Shown here piece by piece: positions 29,947-40,066 of a stretch of DNA of 64,000 nt. The stretch comes from an uncultured Bacilli bacterium. GTDB lineage: Bacteria > Bacillota_I > Bacilli_A > RF39 > UBA660. Numbering within the stretch: the first letter of the stretch is position 1; every line of letters begins with the position of its first letter. The DNA lies in contig CAKPMY010000001.1 of assembly GCA_934168245.1 (NCBI GenBank), positions 68,761 to 132,760 on the forward strand, in the 5' to 3' direction. Below the pieces are notes generated by a model. It did not search any database and was not told where the DNA came from. It was given only the letters and a program-made list of their open reading frames with translations. Made by a program: the position numbers and the translations under genes.

Positions 29947-31992
29947 CTACATACCCTCCATCTTTCTTCTCATGTATAATACATATCCACAAGATGCACA
30001 AACTATAACAATAAATCCACCTACTATATAAGGTATATTACCAACACCACCGGTATTAGGTAACATATCTATTTTATCGTTTACAAGATCAACTGTAACT
30101 ACACCTGTTGTATTCGTAATCGTTTGATTTTTAAATGTAATATTACCTGAAGTATCTACAACTACGGTATACGTATCTGGCAATAGTACATATCCTGTTT
30201 GAACTCTAGTTTGTTTTAAATAATATGTAGTACCAGGAATTAAATCAGTAAACTCTAATCCCTCTGCAACTTTAGAAGCATCACTCAAGTTAGAATTACT
30301 ATATAAACTAAATTTACCATCTGATAATACTGTTCCATCATCACTATCTGTCAAATTAACTTTTAATGCCACATTTGCAACTTTAAATGCCACTGAAACT
30401 TTATAATCTTGTGATGTATCTAAGTAATAATAATTATCTGCTAAAGCACCAGTAATTTCTACTGAATTTACATAATCAGCAACTATTTTATCTGTTGCGG
30501 TAAATGTTGCATTAAGAGTAACACTTGCTCCCGCCGCTATTGTACCAATTTTAACTATTTGATCACTAAGTAATGTATAAGATGTACTAGTTGTAAATGT
30601 TGCTCCTGTAAGATATTCTTGTACCATTACATCTTTAATCGGTATACTGGCTGTATTTGTAACTGTAATTTGGAATGGAACTACTTCTCCCTTTTTATAA
30701 CTTGCTTTTTTATTTGGTATTGTAATTGTAATCGTTGGAGAGAAATATCCAGAGAATAACATCCATTCACCATAAATAACTACATCTTCTTCAGGCATTT
30801 CAAATGTCTTACTCTTATACCAACCTAAGAATTTATAACCTGTTGCTACTGGATCATCCGCAACTGTTATTGTTTCTCCTGGTGCATAAGCCACTGTCGC
30901 TGGTAATAGACTATCAGCATTACTAGGCATAACTGAACCTTGGAACTGATAAGAAACATTATATTTAATTAATTCAAACTTACCAGTAATTGAAACATTC
31001 TTACTAGGCATCTGGAATATTCCATCAGTTAGACTAACATCTGTTGATGTCCAACCTAAGAACCTATATCCATTAATAACATCTCCGGCCTTTAATGAAT
31101 CAACAATTACATCATCCCCAGCCCCATAAGATTTAGGAGTTGGTGAAATAAATCCATCTGGAACATTACCAGATACAGAATACGTAACTGTATATTTTGT
31201 TTTTGCTGTAAAACTACCCGTAAATACTACATTGCTAGAAGGCATTGTAAACGAATTATTAGTAACTGTAACATTACTAGTAGACCACCCAGAGAAAGTA
31301 TAACCTGCTACTGTCGGATTAGCCTCAACACCAACTGTTGTACCAGCACTATATGAGTTAGTTGTAGGAACAGGTGCTCCATCAGGAACTGTACCTGTAT
31401 ATTTATAAGTTACTGTATATAAAGTAGCCTCTTCATCACCCATAAATACATGTACTGTATTTGATTTAAAAGAGAAATCATTTTCTCTAGCAAAAGCCGT
31501 ATTATAAAAATCTAGTCTTTTTCCATTTGGCAAATCAGGAGTAGTCGTAACAACACCTACAGTCAACTTACAACCTGCCTGTAAATTCTTTACTTTAAAC
31601 GAAACTGTCCTTGTTGCACTATCATATACCAATCCAGCACTATCTCCAACGACATAACCAGGACAACTAGTACCATCACTACGTTTAACTGCCCCTATCG
31701 TACCATCACTCGTTGTAACAAATTCTTTAAATGTTAATCCATCAGGTAACTTATCTTCAACATATATATAATCACTACTAACATTAGCAGTAACAGTATC
31801 ACTAGAAGAAACTGCTTTAGCATCCTTACCATCATAAATAACATCAATATAATAAGTTAAGTCGCTATTAGGTGCTACTCTGGCTCCAGATTCCAAAGGA
31901 ACTGCAAAAGATCTATTGATAATAACAATCAATAAAGCAACAAATAAAGACAAAGAAAGACCAATAATAATATTTCGTTTCTTGTTCTTCAT
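29947..31992 (-). CDS. LPNTG-anchored surface protein with three Listeria-Bacteroides (Flg_new) repeats and a C-terminal CnaB/E-box domain (candidate tip or ancillary pilin/adhesin), 681 aa
   Basis: Signal peptide. Repeats with AGYTFSGW, NGYRFLGW and TGYKFLGWY. E-box-like YYLKQTRVQTGY. MLPNTGGVGN + TM + RRK at the C-terminus. Confidence 0.65.
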   Translation of the reverse strand: MKNKKRNIIIGLSLSLFVALLIVIINRSFAVPLESGARVAPNSDLTYYIDVIYDGKDAKAVSSSDTVTANVSSDYIYVEDKLPDGLTFKEFVTTSDGTIGAVKRSDGTSCPGYVVGDSAGLVYDSATRTVSFKVKNLQAGCKLTVGVVTTTPDLPNGKRLDFYNTAFARENDFSFKSNTVHVFMGDEEATLYTVTYKYTGTVPDGAPVPTTNSYSAGTTVGVEANPTVAGYTFSGWSTSNVTVTNNSFTMPSSNVVFTGSFTAKTKYTVTYSVSGNVPDGFISPTPKSYGAGDDVIVDSLKAGDVINGYRFLGWTSTDVSLTDGIFQMPSKNVSITGKFELIKYNVSYQFQGSVMPSNADSLLPATVAYAPGETITVADDPVATGYKFLGWYKSKTFEMPEEDVVIYGEWMLFSGYFSPTITITIPNKKASYKKGEVVPFQITVTNTASIPIKDVMVQEYLTGATFTTSTSYTLLSDQIVKIGTIAAGASVTLNATFTATDKIVADYVNSVEITGALADNYYYLDTSQDYKVSVAFKVANVALKVNLTDSDDGTVLSDGKFSLYSNSNLSDASKVAEGLEFTDLIPGTTYYLKQTRVQTGYVLLPDTYTVVVDTSGNITFKNQTITNTTGVVTVDLVNDKIDMLPNTGGVGNIPYIVGGFIVIVCASCGYVLYMRRKMEGM

Positions 31993-32114
31993 ATTGCATC
32001 TCCTTCCTTTATACTATAAACACCTACTATACAAATTAATTATAGCAAAGTAACATTTCAAATTCAAGATAGCAATTATAAAAACCATCTAATTAGTAAT
32101 AAAAGTATATAAAC

Positions 32115-35100
32115 CTATGCAAGAATAAGAACATAAGGATTAGTAGAGGTACCATCACCATAATCAACCTTCATACCAGGTTTAATTGATACAACTGGCC
32201 TAAAATCATTAGAAAAACTAGTCAAACAATACCGAACAAAGGTATTCATATTTACATTTGGACCGTATACTGCAATTCGTGAATTATCAGTTGTTGTACT
32301 TAGAGGTGACATAGTCCAAAAATTTAAAGTACCTAAATATGAAAACGAATAGTATCTACCGGCTAATAAAACCTCATCATAAGTAAGTAATCCAACTGGA
32401 TATTTTAAACCATTTGTTGTAGTAAACTTATCATAGCTGTTATTGCACTTAAGTAACGACGATGCACCATTAAAAAATAAATCATAACCAAAGAAACGTA
32501 CATCGCTAGAGGCAGCAATTTTTCCAATAATTGTATTTTCACTTACCAAAGATGTAGTTATAATTTCACGATTATTACAAAATGTTGCATCTTCCAAATA
32601 ATCTGTATAACTTGTCATATTATTCTTATACCATGTTTCGATCGTAGTTTTCGCATTAGAATCATTAATATTATTAAAAACCTTGGCTTCTTTAAAGGCT
32701 TGTAAATTATAAGCATTAATATCATAATAGGAAATAGTCTCATTTTTATAGTAAATTAAATATTTAACGGAAGCACACTTTGTATTTTCACTAAAACAAG
32801 TGTAGTTATAGCCCTTTGTCAATGTTTCAAATTCATTATATAAATTAGTCACTGACAGACTAATCGTATCTTGCAAAACATATTGTGTACCATCCCATTG
32901 TTCCCAGTTACCAAAAATAATTTTCTTATTTGCAGCCTGTGTTTTTAAATCCGAAGCCAATGAGCCATCATTAAGAGAAACGTATGTCAGATTACCTTCA
33001 TTATAAGAAATAACATAATATATATTAGAACAAGAAACATCAGAAGAATCTGGACACACATAATAATCCGCCAGAGTTTCATATTTTTCTGCCCATACTA
33101 TTTTTTGACCAATGTAACTTGCCACCTTATAATTTCCACTACTATAAGTTGCAGAAGTAGAAGCATTCATATATATTGGAACATAATAAGCCTCAGTAGA
33201 AGTCCCTCCAACTATATAAACAGGTTCACTGCAACTACTAGAACCATCTAAACAAGTATAATATTTTTTATATGAAGTACTCCAAGTATCCTGAGTAGCA
33301 TTATTAAGAACATAAGTACCATCAAAATTGTTACGTTGTAATGAAGAATAACTAGAAGTAAAATAGTATTTTCCAGTACCCATTGTTTGAGTCTTACTTA
33401 TATTAATAGTACTAGTAGTTAATCCCAATACATCATACCATTTAGGCATAGTATATGTTTTTACTTTTTCAAGACTTCCATACATATAACCAACACTAGC
33501 AATAGAACCAGGATCAGTATTAAAAGCACCTTTTCCTATACTACAAGCAGTATTAGTACACTGATTATTACTATTAGGAAGACCATTATATAATATCTTT
33601 ACACCACCAGTATCGGTAGTTCTAACTATTTTCCAACAAAATCCAGCAAACAACAAGTTATTATCATCAATAGAACCATGATAATAATGAATTGGATAAT
33701 TATCATTTGCAGTTGAAGAATAAGTATAAACTCCTTTATTTGTAGTCGTAGTACTAGTAAGATCTAAATTAGTATCCAAAGTAGCCTTACCTGCCACAAT
33801 ATCATATAAAGTAGCAGCCTCATAAATAGTTCCATCCACAGTTTTATTCATAGAAGCCTTAGCCCAAGTTGCTTTCAAAGTAACCGCATAAGGTGGCATA
33901 ACAAAATTAGTACCCTTACGTTCAACATTAGTATCATCTATTTGCCAGCCCTTAAACTCATAACCAGCACACACTGGAACAGTACTAGAAATATCAACTA
34001 CACTAAATGGATTATGATAAATAGTATATGGCAAATGATTTATTGTACAATCAGAAGGAGCATTTCCATCATAAACAACAGGATAGGCATTAGCAAGAGC
34101 CGGAGTGTCAGTACTAATAATGGTCTCAGAAACATCACCAATCTTATAATTGATTGCTACCTTTCTAAAAAGTGGATATACACCAACTGCACCTTCCGAA
34201 TACTTATCTTTTAATTTTAAATCAAAACTCATTGTAACAGGAAATCCTGTAGCAAGTCGATTATCTGAACCTTCATTACCAAAAAACCATATCATTCTTG
34301 CACCAATAATATTGCCTGAAGTACCAAATGTTACATTTGGTTTGATATTATCAATAGAAAAAACATCAGTATTTATCAAAGTATCAATACTAAATAAATC
34401 ATAATCTACATATCGCACCATATAATCTATGTTTGAAATAATTCTATAAAAAGAAGAAAGATCAGTTCCAACATATTGAACATCACTCATTTCTTTTAAA
34501 ATATCACTTTTGTTTCCACCAACATTATACTGAACAGCAAAAAAGTTTTTTATTTCTGGATAGTTTTTTCTGATATTATTATACGTTTCCTTTTCTTTTC
34601 CCATATCTCGAGCCGGATCACCATCAGTAATTAATACAACCCAAATATCATTGTCACCATAATCAGTAGAAGTTTCAAGGAGTTCATTTAAAGCATCTAA
34701 TGCCGAATAGTAACTAAGCCCAGTACTCCCATCTAAATTACCATATGATGTTGAGTTAAGTTCAGTAAGATCAGTACCAAAATCACTTGCTATCTCGGCT
34801 ACTGAATTAAATTTTATAACTGCTAAAGAGTTATCACTATTTTTTGAAAGAAAACTTCGTCCAAATGCACGAATACGGTTTTTCATTGTAGTAATATCTA
34901 TAGTATCATCCACTAACAATACTAAATCTATAGGTTTAATATCTTTTGCCATAGCAACACTATCAAGTTTAAAAGTTACTCGTACTCTGCCCTTAGAAAC
35001 CCATTCTGCATTTACATCAATATTCCAACTTCCAGGATCATCGTCTTCAGATGAAAGTTTTGTTGATTGATATGTGATGTTTTTAACTTCCACATCTGCC

Positions 35101-35207
35101 GCAAATGAATTAGTAAGTGTAAATACAAAAACAAAAATTAAAATTAAAGATAATAAAAATAATAAAGACTTCTTTTTAGTAAAAAAACTAAAGACTTTCT
35201 TTAACAT
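32115..35207 (-). CDS. Giant secreted vWA-domain protein with a Flg_new repeat and C-rich C-terminal region; no sortase signal; 1030 aa
   Basis: Signal peptide. vWA-like DLVLLVDDTIDIT...VVLITDGDP. CAGYEFKGWQ repeat. Long Y/T/S/C-rich C-terminal 550 aa ending ...KVDYGDGTSTNPYVLILA with no TM or LPXTG. Confidence 0.55.
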   Translation of the reverse strand: MLKKVFSFFTKKKSLLFLLSLILIFVFVFTLTNSFAADVEVKNITYQSTKLSSEDDDPGSWNIDVNAEWVSKGRVRVTFKLDSVAMAKDIKPIDLVLLVDDTIDITTMKNRIRAFGRSFLSKNSDNSLAVIKFNSVAEIASDFGTDLTELNSTSYGNLDGSTGLSYYSALDALNELLETSTDYGDNDIWVVLITDGDPARDMGKEKETYNNIRKNYPEIKNFFAVQYNVGGNKSDILKEMSDVQYVGTDLSSFYRIISNIDYMVRYVDYDLFSIDTLINTDVFSIDNIKPNVTFGTSGNIIGARMIWFFGNEGSDNRLATGFPVTMSFDLKLKDKYSEGAVGVYPLFRKVAINYKIGDVSETIISTDTPALANAYPVVYDGNAPSDCTINHLPYTIYHNPFSVVDISSTVPVCAGYEFKGWQIDDTNVERKGTNFVMPPYAVTLKATWAKASMNKTVDGTIYEAATLYDIVAGKATLDTNLDLTSTTTTNKGVYTYSSTANDNYPIHYYHGSIDDNNLLFAGFCWKIVRTTDTGGVKILYNGLPNSNNQCTNTACSIGKGAFNTDPGSIASVGYMYGSLEKVKTYTMPKWYDVLGLTTSTINISKTQTMGTGKYYFTSSYSSLQRNNFDGTYVLNNATQDTWSTSYKKYYTCLDGSSSCSEPVYIVGGTSTEAYYVPIYMNASTSATYSSGNYKVASYIGQKIVWAEKYETLADYYVCPDSSDVSCSNIYYVISYNEGNLTYVSLNDGSLASDLKTQAANKKIIFGNWEQWDGTQYVLQDTISLSVTNLYNEFETLTKGYNYTCFSENTKCASVKYLIYYKNETISYYDINAYNLQAFKEAKVFNNINDSNAKTTIETWYKNNMTSYTDYLEDATFCNNREIITTSLVSENTIIGKIAASSDVRFFGYDLFFNGASSLLKCNNSYDKFTTTNGLKYPVGLLTYDEVLLAGRYYSFSYLGTLNFWTMSPLSTTTDNSRIAVYGPNVNMNTFVRYCLTSFSNDFRPVVSIKPGMKVDYGDGTSTNPYVLILA

Positions 35208-35369
35208 ATTTTTCTCCTGTCTGTCTGTCTAAGGATAGATTTTTTCTGTTTATTTGCCAACATATTTATCACCATCTTTACTATTCTTAACCATAATAAT
35301 TGTACTATATAGTATAGTTTTTTTCAAGTATCAGAAAAATCAAAAAAGACATCATCCTAAGACGACATC

Positions 35370-35921
35370 TTATATAAATAAATACTCTGGTTTTTTATAA
35401 TTCAAAGAATAATTTTTATCATCTCTATATTCTTCAACTAAGACTACTTTCTCTTCTTCTAAACTCTTCTTAACATCAATTATTCTTTGATTCCTAGAAC
35501 CTCTAAAATAAATATCTAAACTCTTCTCTTCCAAAACAAATTTACCATCTACTAATATATCAATATAATCTAATAATTTTCTTTGTTTTGGATTATTAAT
35601 AATAGTCTCATATGTAAAGCCTGTATAACACCAAACACTAAGTCCCATCTCTTTCGCAGCCTTACATATTTCTATACAAGCGTCACTTTGACACATTGGA
35701 TCTCCTCCAGATAAAGTTATTCCATCTTGTCCCTCTATATTTTTTAACTCTTCAATAACTTCTTTTATATCTACTAGAAATCCTCCATTAAAATCATGTG
35801 TCCCAGGGTTATGACAGCCTTTACAGTTATGTGGACACCCTTGAGTCCACACAACTGTCCTTATTCCTTCACCATCTACTATTGAATCTGGTTGTAAATC
35901 AGCGGCTAATCTAATTTCCAT
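35370..35921 (-). CDS. nrdG: Anaerobic ribonucleoside-triphosphate reductase activating protein (radical SAM)
   Basis: CPHNCKGCHNP radical-SAM cluster motif of NrdG, ~180 aa, immediately downstream of nrdD. Confidence 0.85.
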   Translation of the reverse strand: MEIRLAADLQPDSIVDGEGIRTVVWTQGCPHNCKGCHNPGTHDFNGGFLVDIKEVIEELKNIEGQDGITLSGGDPMCQSDACIEICKAAKEMGLSVWCYTGFTYETIINNPKQRKLLDYIDILVDGKFVLEEKSLDIYFRGSRNQRIIDVKKSLEEEKVVLVEEYRDDKNYSLNYKKPEYLFI

Positions 35922-36124
35922 TCTTGCATTCGTCTTTTAATAAGTCTTTTACTCCAGAATGTTTTACACGATCCCTTTCTTCTGCTCTTTTACCATTATT
36001 AAATCTTGAAACATCTCCTGCTAAATATCCTGTAACTCTTCTAATTCTTTCAAACTTTTCTCCTTCGCCAACTATTTTTTCCATAAATATTCCTCCTACT
36101 TCTTTTAATTAATTATTTATTTAT

Positions 36125-38440
36125 TTATCTACCACAACACTCAGGTGCTGTAATTTGTTCTATTGGAACTCCCTCAAATTCATGTCTTCCACATCCTGGA
36201 CAAACATCATTAATTACACCAACATATCCACATACTGGATCTCTATCTACTGGATGGTTAATAGCTCCATAACCAATACCAGACTCTTTCATTATACGAA
36301 TAACCTTTTCAAAAGCATCAACGTTACTAGCAACATCTCCATCTAATTCAATATAAGAAATATGTCCACCATTAGTTAATTCATGATAAGGTGCTTCAGT
36401 CTTAAGTTTATCAGCAATACTAATATTATAATAAACCGGTACATGGAATGAATTAGTATAATATTCTCTATCAGTAACACCTTTAATCTTTCCATAAATT
36501 GCTTTATCAATAGATGTAAATCTACCAGATAATCCTTCTGCTGGAGTAGCTAAACAAGTAAAGTTTAAATTATATTTAGCCGAATTTTCATCACATCTAT
36601 TTCTCATAAACTTAATAATTTCAAGTCCTAATTTTTGACTTGCTTTACTCTCGCCATGATGTTCCCCAGTTAAAGCTTTTAAACATTCAGCAAGACCAAT
36701 AAATCCGGTTGATAAAGAACCATGTTTCCATACTTTTCTAAGTCTATCAGTTGGTTTTAACTTCTCACCATTAGTCCAAACTCCTTGTCCTAATAAGAAT
36801 GGGAAGTTATATGAATGTTTACTACATTGAACTTCAAATCTTTCAAGTAATTGATCACGAACCTTATCCATAATCTCTCCAAGTTCTTCATAAAAACCTT
36901 TCATATCTGCTTTATCTCTTTCTTTTAAAGCAATACCATGTTTAATACCAAGTCTTGGTAAATTAATTGTTGTAAATGATAAATTTCCTCTACCTGTAAC
37001 AACTTGATTATCTGGAGAAGTAACATCTGCTAAAACTCTTGTACGACATCCCATATAAGCTATTTCTGTATTAACATTTCCCGGTTTATAAAATTGTAAA
37101 TTAAATGGAGCATCTACAAATGCAAAGTTAGGGAAAAGTCTCTTAGCAGAAACTTTACAAGCTAATTTAAATAAATCATAGTTAGGATCTTCTTTATTAT
37201 AGTTAACTCCTTCTTTTACTTTAAATATTGATACTGGGAATATTGGAGTCTCTCCATTACCTAAACCTCTATCAGTTGCTAAAAGTAAATTTCTAGTAAC
37301 CATTCTTCCTTCTGGAGAAATATCAGTACCAAAGTTTACTGAAGAAAACGGTACTTGGGCACCGGCTCTAGAGTGCATTGTATTTAAATTATGAACAAAA
37401 GCTTCCATTGCTTGTTGTGTAGCTCTATCAGTCTTTTGTAAAGCCTTCTCACTTGCTAATTTAAATATTTCTTTTACTCTATCTGATCCTTTTTGATAAT
37501 CACTAAACTCTTCTAAATTAACTTCAATTGACTCTATCTTATCAATCTCACGAATAATTCTATCTAAATTAATAACACCAATAAAACCATCCAAATCTAA
37601 AAAGTCATATACAGTTTGTTTAAATTGTTTCTTAAATGTTTTTAAAACACCAGGAGCCAAATAATAATCAAGCGCTGGTATAGATTGTCCACCATGTTGA
37701 TCATTTTGATTAGCTTGAATAACTATAGCAGCCAAAGAACTATAAGTTGAAATATCTTGTGGAGGTCTTACATACCCATGTCCCGTATCAAAACCATTCT
37801 TAAATAATCTTGATAAATCTATCTGACAACAAGTAGTAGTACCCATTGCTAAGAAATCCATATCGTGAATGTGAATCTCACCTTCATCATGCATCTTAGC
37901 ATATTCTGGTTTCATTAAATATGCCTTAGCAAATTCTCTTGAAACTGTCGAACCATATTGAAGCATAGTACCCATTGGACTATTACCATCAATATTAGCA
38001 TTTTCTCTTTTTGCATCTTCTTCATTAGCAGACTTAAGTCCTAAATTCTCTAGCGATTTTAAAAACTTATGAGTCTTCTTATCATCAAAGAATGATTGAC
38101 GAGATTGTGCTCTTCTTTCACGATATTCTGAAAAAGATTTATAAACATCCTCATATCCTTTAGAAGATAATTCATCTTCAATAAAATCTTGAATTTGTTC
38201 AATTTGGAACTTATCAGTATTTTTTGCTTCTTTTTCGATTCTCTTTAAAACAGCCTGATACACTTTTTGAATATCTTTACTATCATATTTACGAAGTTTA
38301 TCATCTTCACCATTATCTATTGAAACACTATCAAAGCCTTTCTTTATTGCTAAAGCTATTTTAGTCTCATCAAATGGTACTTTCTTTCCATTTCTCTTAA
38401 CGACCATTAATTGGTCTAATTTGTCGCTTACTTCTACCAT
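36125..38440 (-). CDS. nrdD: Anaerobic ribonucleoside-triphosphate reductase (class III), paralogue 1, 771 aa
   Basis: N-terminal ATP-cone (VVKRNGKKVPFDETKI), glycyl-radical region PVCGYVGV and a C-terminal Cys cluster (CPGCG...CCG). Confidence 0.9.
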   Translation of the reverse strand: MVEVSDKLDQLMVVKRNGKKVPFDETKIALAIKKGFDSVSIDNGEDDKLRKYDSKDIQKVYQAVLKRIEKEAKNTDKFQIEQIQDFIEDELSSKGYEDVYKSFSEYRERRAQSRQSFFDDKKTHKFLKSLENLGLKSANEEDAKRENANIDGNSPMGTMLQYGSTVSREFAKAYLMKPEYAKMHDEGEIHIHDMDFLAMGTTTCCQIDLSRLFKNGFDTGHGYVRPPQDISTYSSLAAIVIQANQNDQHGGQSIPALDYYLAPGVLKTFKKQFKQTVYDFLDLDGFIGVINLDRIIREIDKIESIEVNLEEFSDYQKGSDRVKEIFKLASEKALQKTDRATQQAMEAFVHNLNTMHSRAGAQVPFSSVNFGTDISPEGRMVTRNLLLATDRGLGNGETPIFPVSIFKVKEGVNYNKEDPNYDLFKLACKVSAKRLFPNFAFVDAPFNLQFYKPGNVNTEIAYMGCRTRVLADVTSPDNQVVTGRGNLSFTTINLPRLGIKHGIALKERDKADMKGFYEELGEIMDKVRDQLLERFEVQCSKHSYNFPFLLGQGVWTNGEKLKPTDRLRKVWKHGSLSTGFIGLAECLKALTGEHHGESKASQKLGLEIIKFMRNRCDENSAKYNLNFTCLATPAEGLSGRFTSIDKAIYGKIKGVTDREYYTNSFHVPVYYNISIADKLKTEAPYHELTNGGHISYIELDGDVASNVDAFEKVIRIMKESGIGYGAINHPVDRDPVCGYVGVINDVCPGCGRHEFEGVPIEQITAPECCGR

Positions 38441-38736
38441 AAATTAACCTCCACATAAGTAACATTCTTTCCTTCATTTTAGAAACTAATTATAAAAAAA
38501 TCAATACAAAAAATGACACTTTTTTTACCATTTTTTTCAATACGTTGATATATAAAGAAAAGCTCCAAAAACTTTTTTTGTTCGATTTACGACAATTGAC
38601 ATTTTTATACATTTAAGAAAATTGCAACAGCACATTTTTTATTTTTTTGCAAGTGTTTTTCAACCAATTTCCTTATTTTTCAACAAAACAGTATTTCCAT
38701 AAAAGAAAAAAATTAAAAAAATGTAAAAATCATTTT

Positions 38737-39207
38737 TTACAATTTCTTAATTTTTGTATCAGTTGAACCAAAACCTCCATTTCTAGAACCAAATGCATTA
38801 TCGTTATCAACAACTAAATATTTTGTAAACACAACTTGTCCTATTACATCGCCTTTCTTAACCTCAATGTCATGATCACTACAGTTAAAATAAGCAAAGT
38901 AAAAATGTCCATCATTATCTGGATTACCATAATAATCTGCATCTATTAATCCTACACTATTTGCCATTAAAAACCCTTTCTTAGGCCCAGAACTACGATT
39001 TAATAATAAATAGCATTCATCATCCATACAATAAGCCTTTAAGCCTGTTGGAATAAGTGTAGGCTTAATTCCTGGTTTATACATAGGAATAACTATATCT
39101 TCCGCTGCTTCAACATCATATCCAGCCGAATGGGCTGTCTTTCTAACCGGTAAATTAATTCCTTTATCTTCATATCCTTTTACTACTTCAAATCCACGTT
39201 TTCTCAT
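38737..39207 (-). CDS. dut: dUTP diphosphatase
   Basis: RSSGPKKGF, GLIDADYYG and RNGGFGSTD dUTPase motifs, 156 aa. Confidence 0.85.
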   Translation of the reverse strand: MRKRGFEVVKGYEDKGINLPVRKTAHSAGYDVEAAEDIVIPMYKPGIKPTLIPTGLKAYCMDDECYLLLNRSSGPKKGFLMANSVGLIDADYYGNPDNDGHFYFAYFNCSDHDIEVKKGDVIGQVVFTKYLVVDNDNAFGSRNGGFGSTDTKIKKL

Positions 39208-39749
39208 TATACTTCTCCTTTTAATATCTTATTATTATCTATATATAAATTAATAATTCCAGTATCTAAACTACTTCTAACATCAATAATCCTCTGATTA
39301 CTACTCCCAACATAATGTAACTTTTCTAAAGCCAGACTCAATACAAATCTTCCCTCTAATAAAACATCAACATTATCTAAAATCGTTTCTAAGTTTTTAT
39401 CTTCTTTTACTTCTTTCATTAACTCTTCCCAAGTATATCCAGTATAACACCAAATATTCTTATCAGGAAATTTACTCTTAATCTCTTTAACTAATAAACT
39501 AACTTCTTCTCTATTCCCAACATATAAAGGATCTCCTCCTGATAAAGTTAAGCCACTACACCAACTCTTCTCTAATTCAGCAAATACTTCCCTCTTAGCC
39601 TCCTCATCAAAGATAAGTCCATCATTAGCATCCCAAGTAATTGGATTCTGACAAGCCTGACAATGATGAGAACATCCTGCTAGCCATAACACTACTCTAA
39701 GTCCATCCCCATTTAACATATCAGCCTTTGTAATATTATGGTATCTCAT
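39207..39749 (-). CDS. nrdG: Anaerobic RNR activating protein, paralogue 2
   Basis: LAGCSHHCQACQNP radical-SAM motif, 180 aa. Start overlaps the upstream stop (ATGA). Confidence 0.85.
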   Translation of the reverse strand: MRYHNITKADMLNGDGLRVVLWLAGCSHHCQACQNPITWDANDGLIFDEEAKREVFAELEKSWCSGLTLSGGDPLYVGNREEVSLLVKEIKSKFPDKNIWCYTGYTWEELMKEVKEDKNLETILDNVDVLLEGRFVLSLALEKLHYVGSSNQRIIDVRSSLDTGIINLYIDNNKILKGEV

Positions 39750-40066
39750 AACTTCTCAACATCCCCATGACTATAATATAAGACTGGTTTATTTAATAAT
39801 TCAGCCCATTCAATCTGACTCTTAGTACTACTACCAATATAACCATCTTTATCAATAACAATAACTATATCACTACGACATACCTTCATTTTAGCAGCCG
39901 TATCTAATATCTTCTTAGTCCCAACCCCACATTCTGGTACTTCTCCAGATTGATTATAAACAGACGGAGTAAACACTAAATATCCTTTCAAAGCCAATTT
40001 CTCTTCAACCGCTAAAAAGACATCCCTAAATTTAGTACTTCCAATCAATAAAACAACACTATACAT
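39746..40066 (-). CDS. Hypothetical small protein (106 aa) embedded between nrdD2 and nrdG2; possibly a Rossmann-like nucleoside-deoxyribosyltransferase-like fold
   Basis: ORF tightly coupled on both sides: 1 nt after the nrdD2 stop, and its stop overlaps the nrdG2 start. The VVLLIGS...DIVIVIDKDGYIGSST pattern suggests a small alpha/beta fold. Family assignment is a guess. Confidence 0.4.
   Translation of the reverse strand: MYSVVLLIGSTKFRDVFLAVEEKLALKGYLVFTPSVYNQSGEVPECGVGTKKILDTAAKMKVCRSDIVIVIDKDGYIGSSTKSQIEWAELLNKPVLYYSHGDVEKL

Noticed and set aside
35208-35369. Short repeats (TCTG)3 and 10-bp palindrome ACTATATAGT upstream of the vWA gene
   Set aside because: Too short and AT-rich to distinguish from chance. 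No second copy or half-site partner seen.
38441-38736. Searched the 296-bp AT-rich region upstream of nrdD1 for an NrdR box (ACACAATATATTGTGT-like) and for a terminator after dut
   Set aside because: No convincing 16-bp NrdR-type palindrome found. Only a weak all-A/T hairpin (TGTAAAAA-TCAT-TTTTTACA) that is unlikely to be stable.
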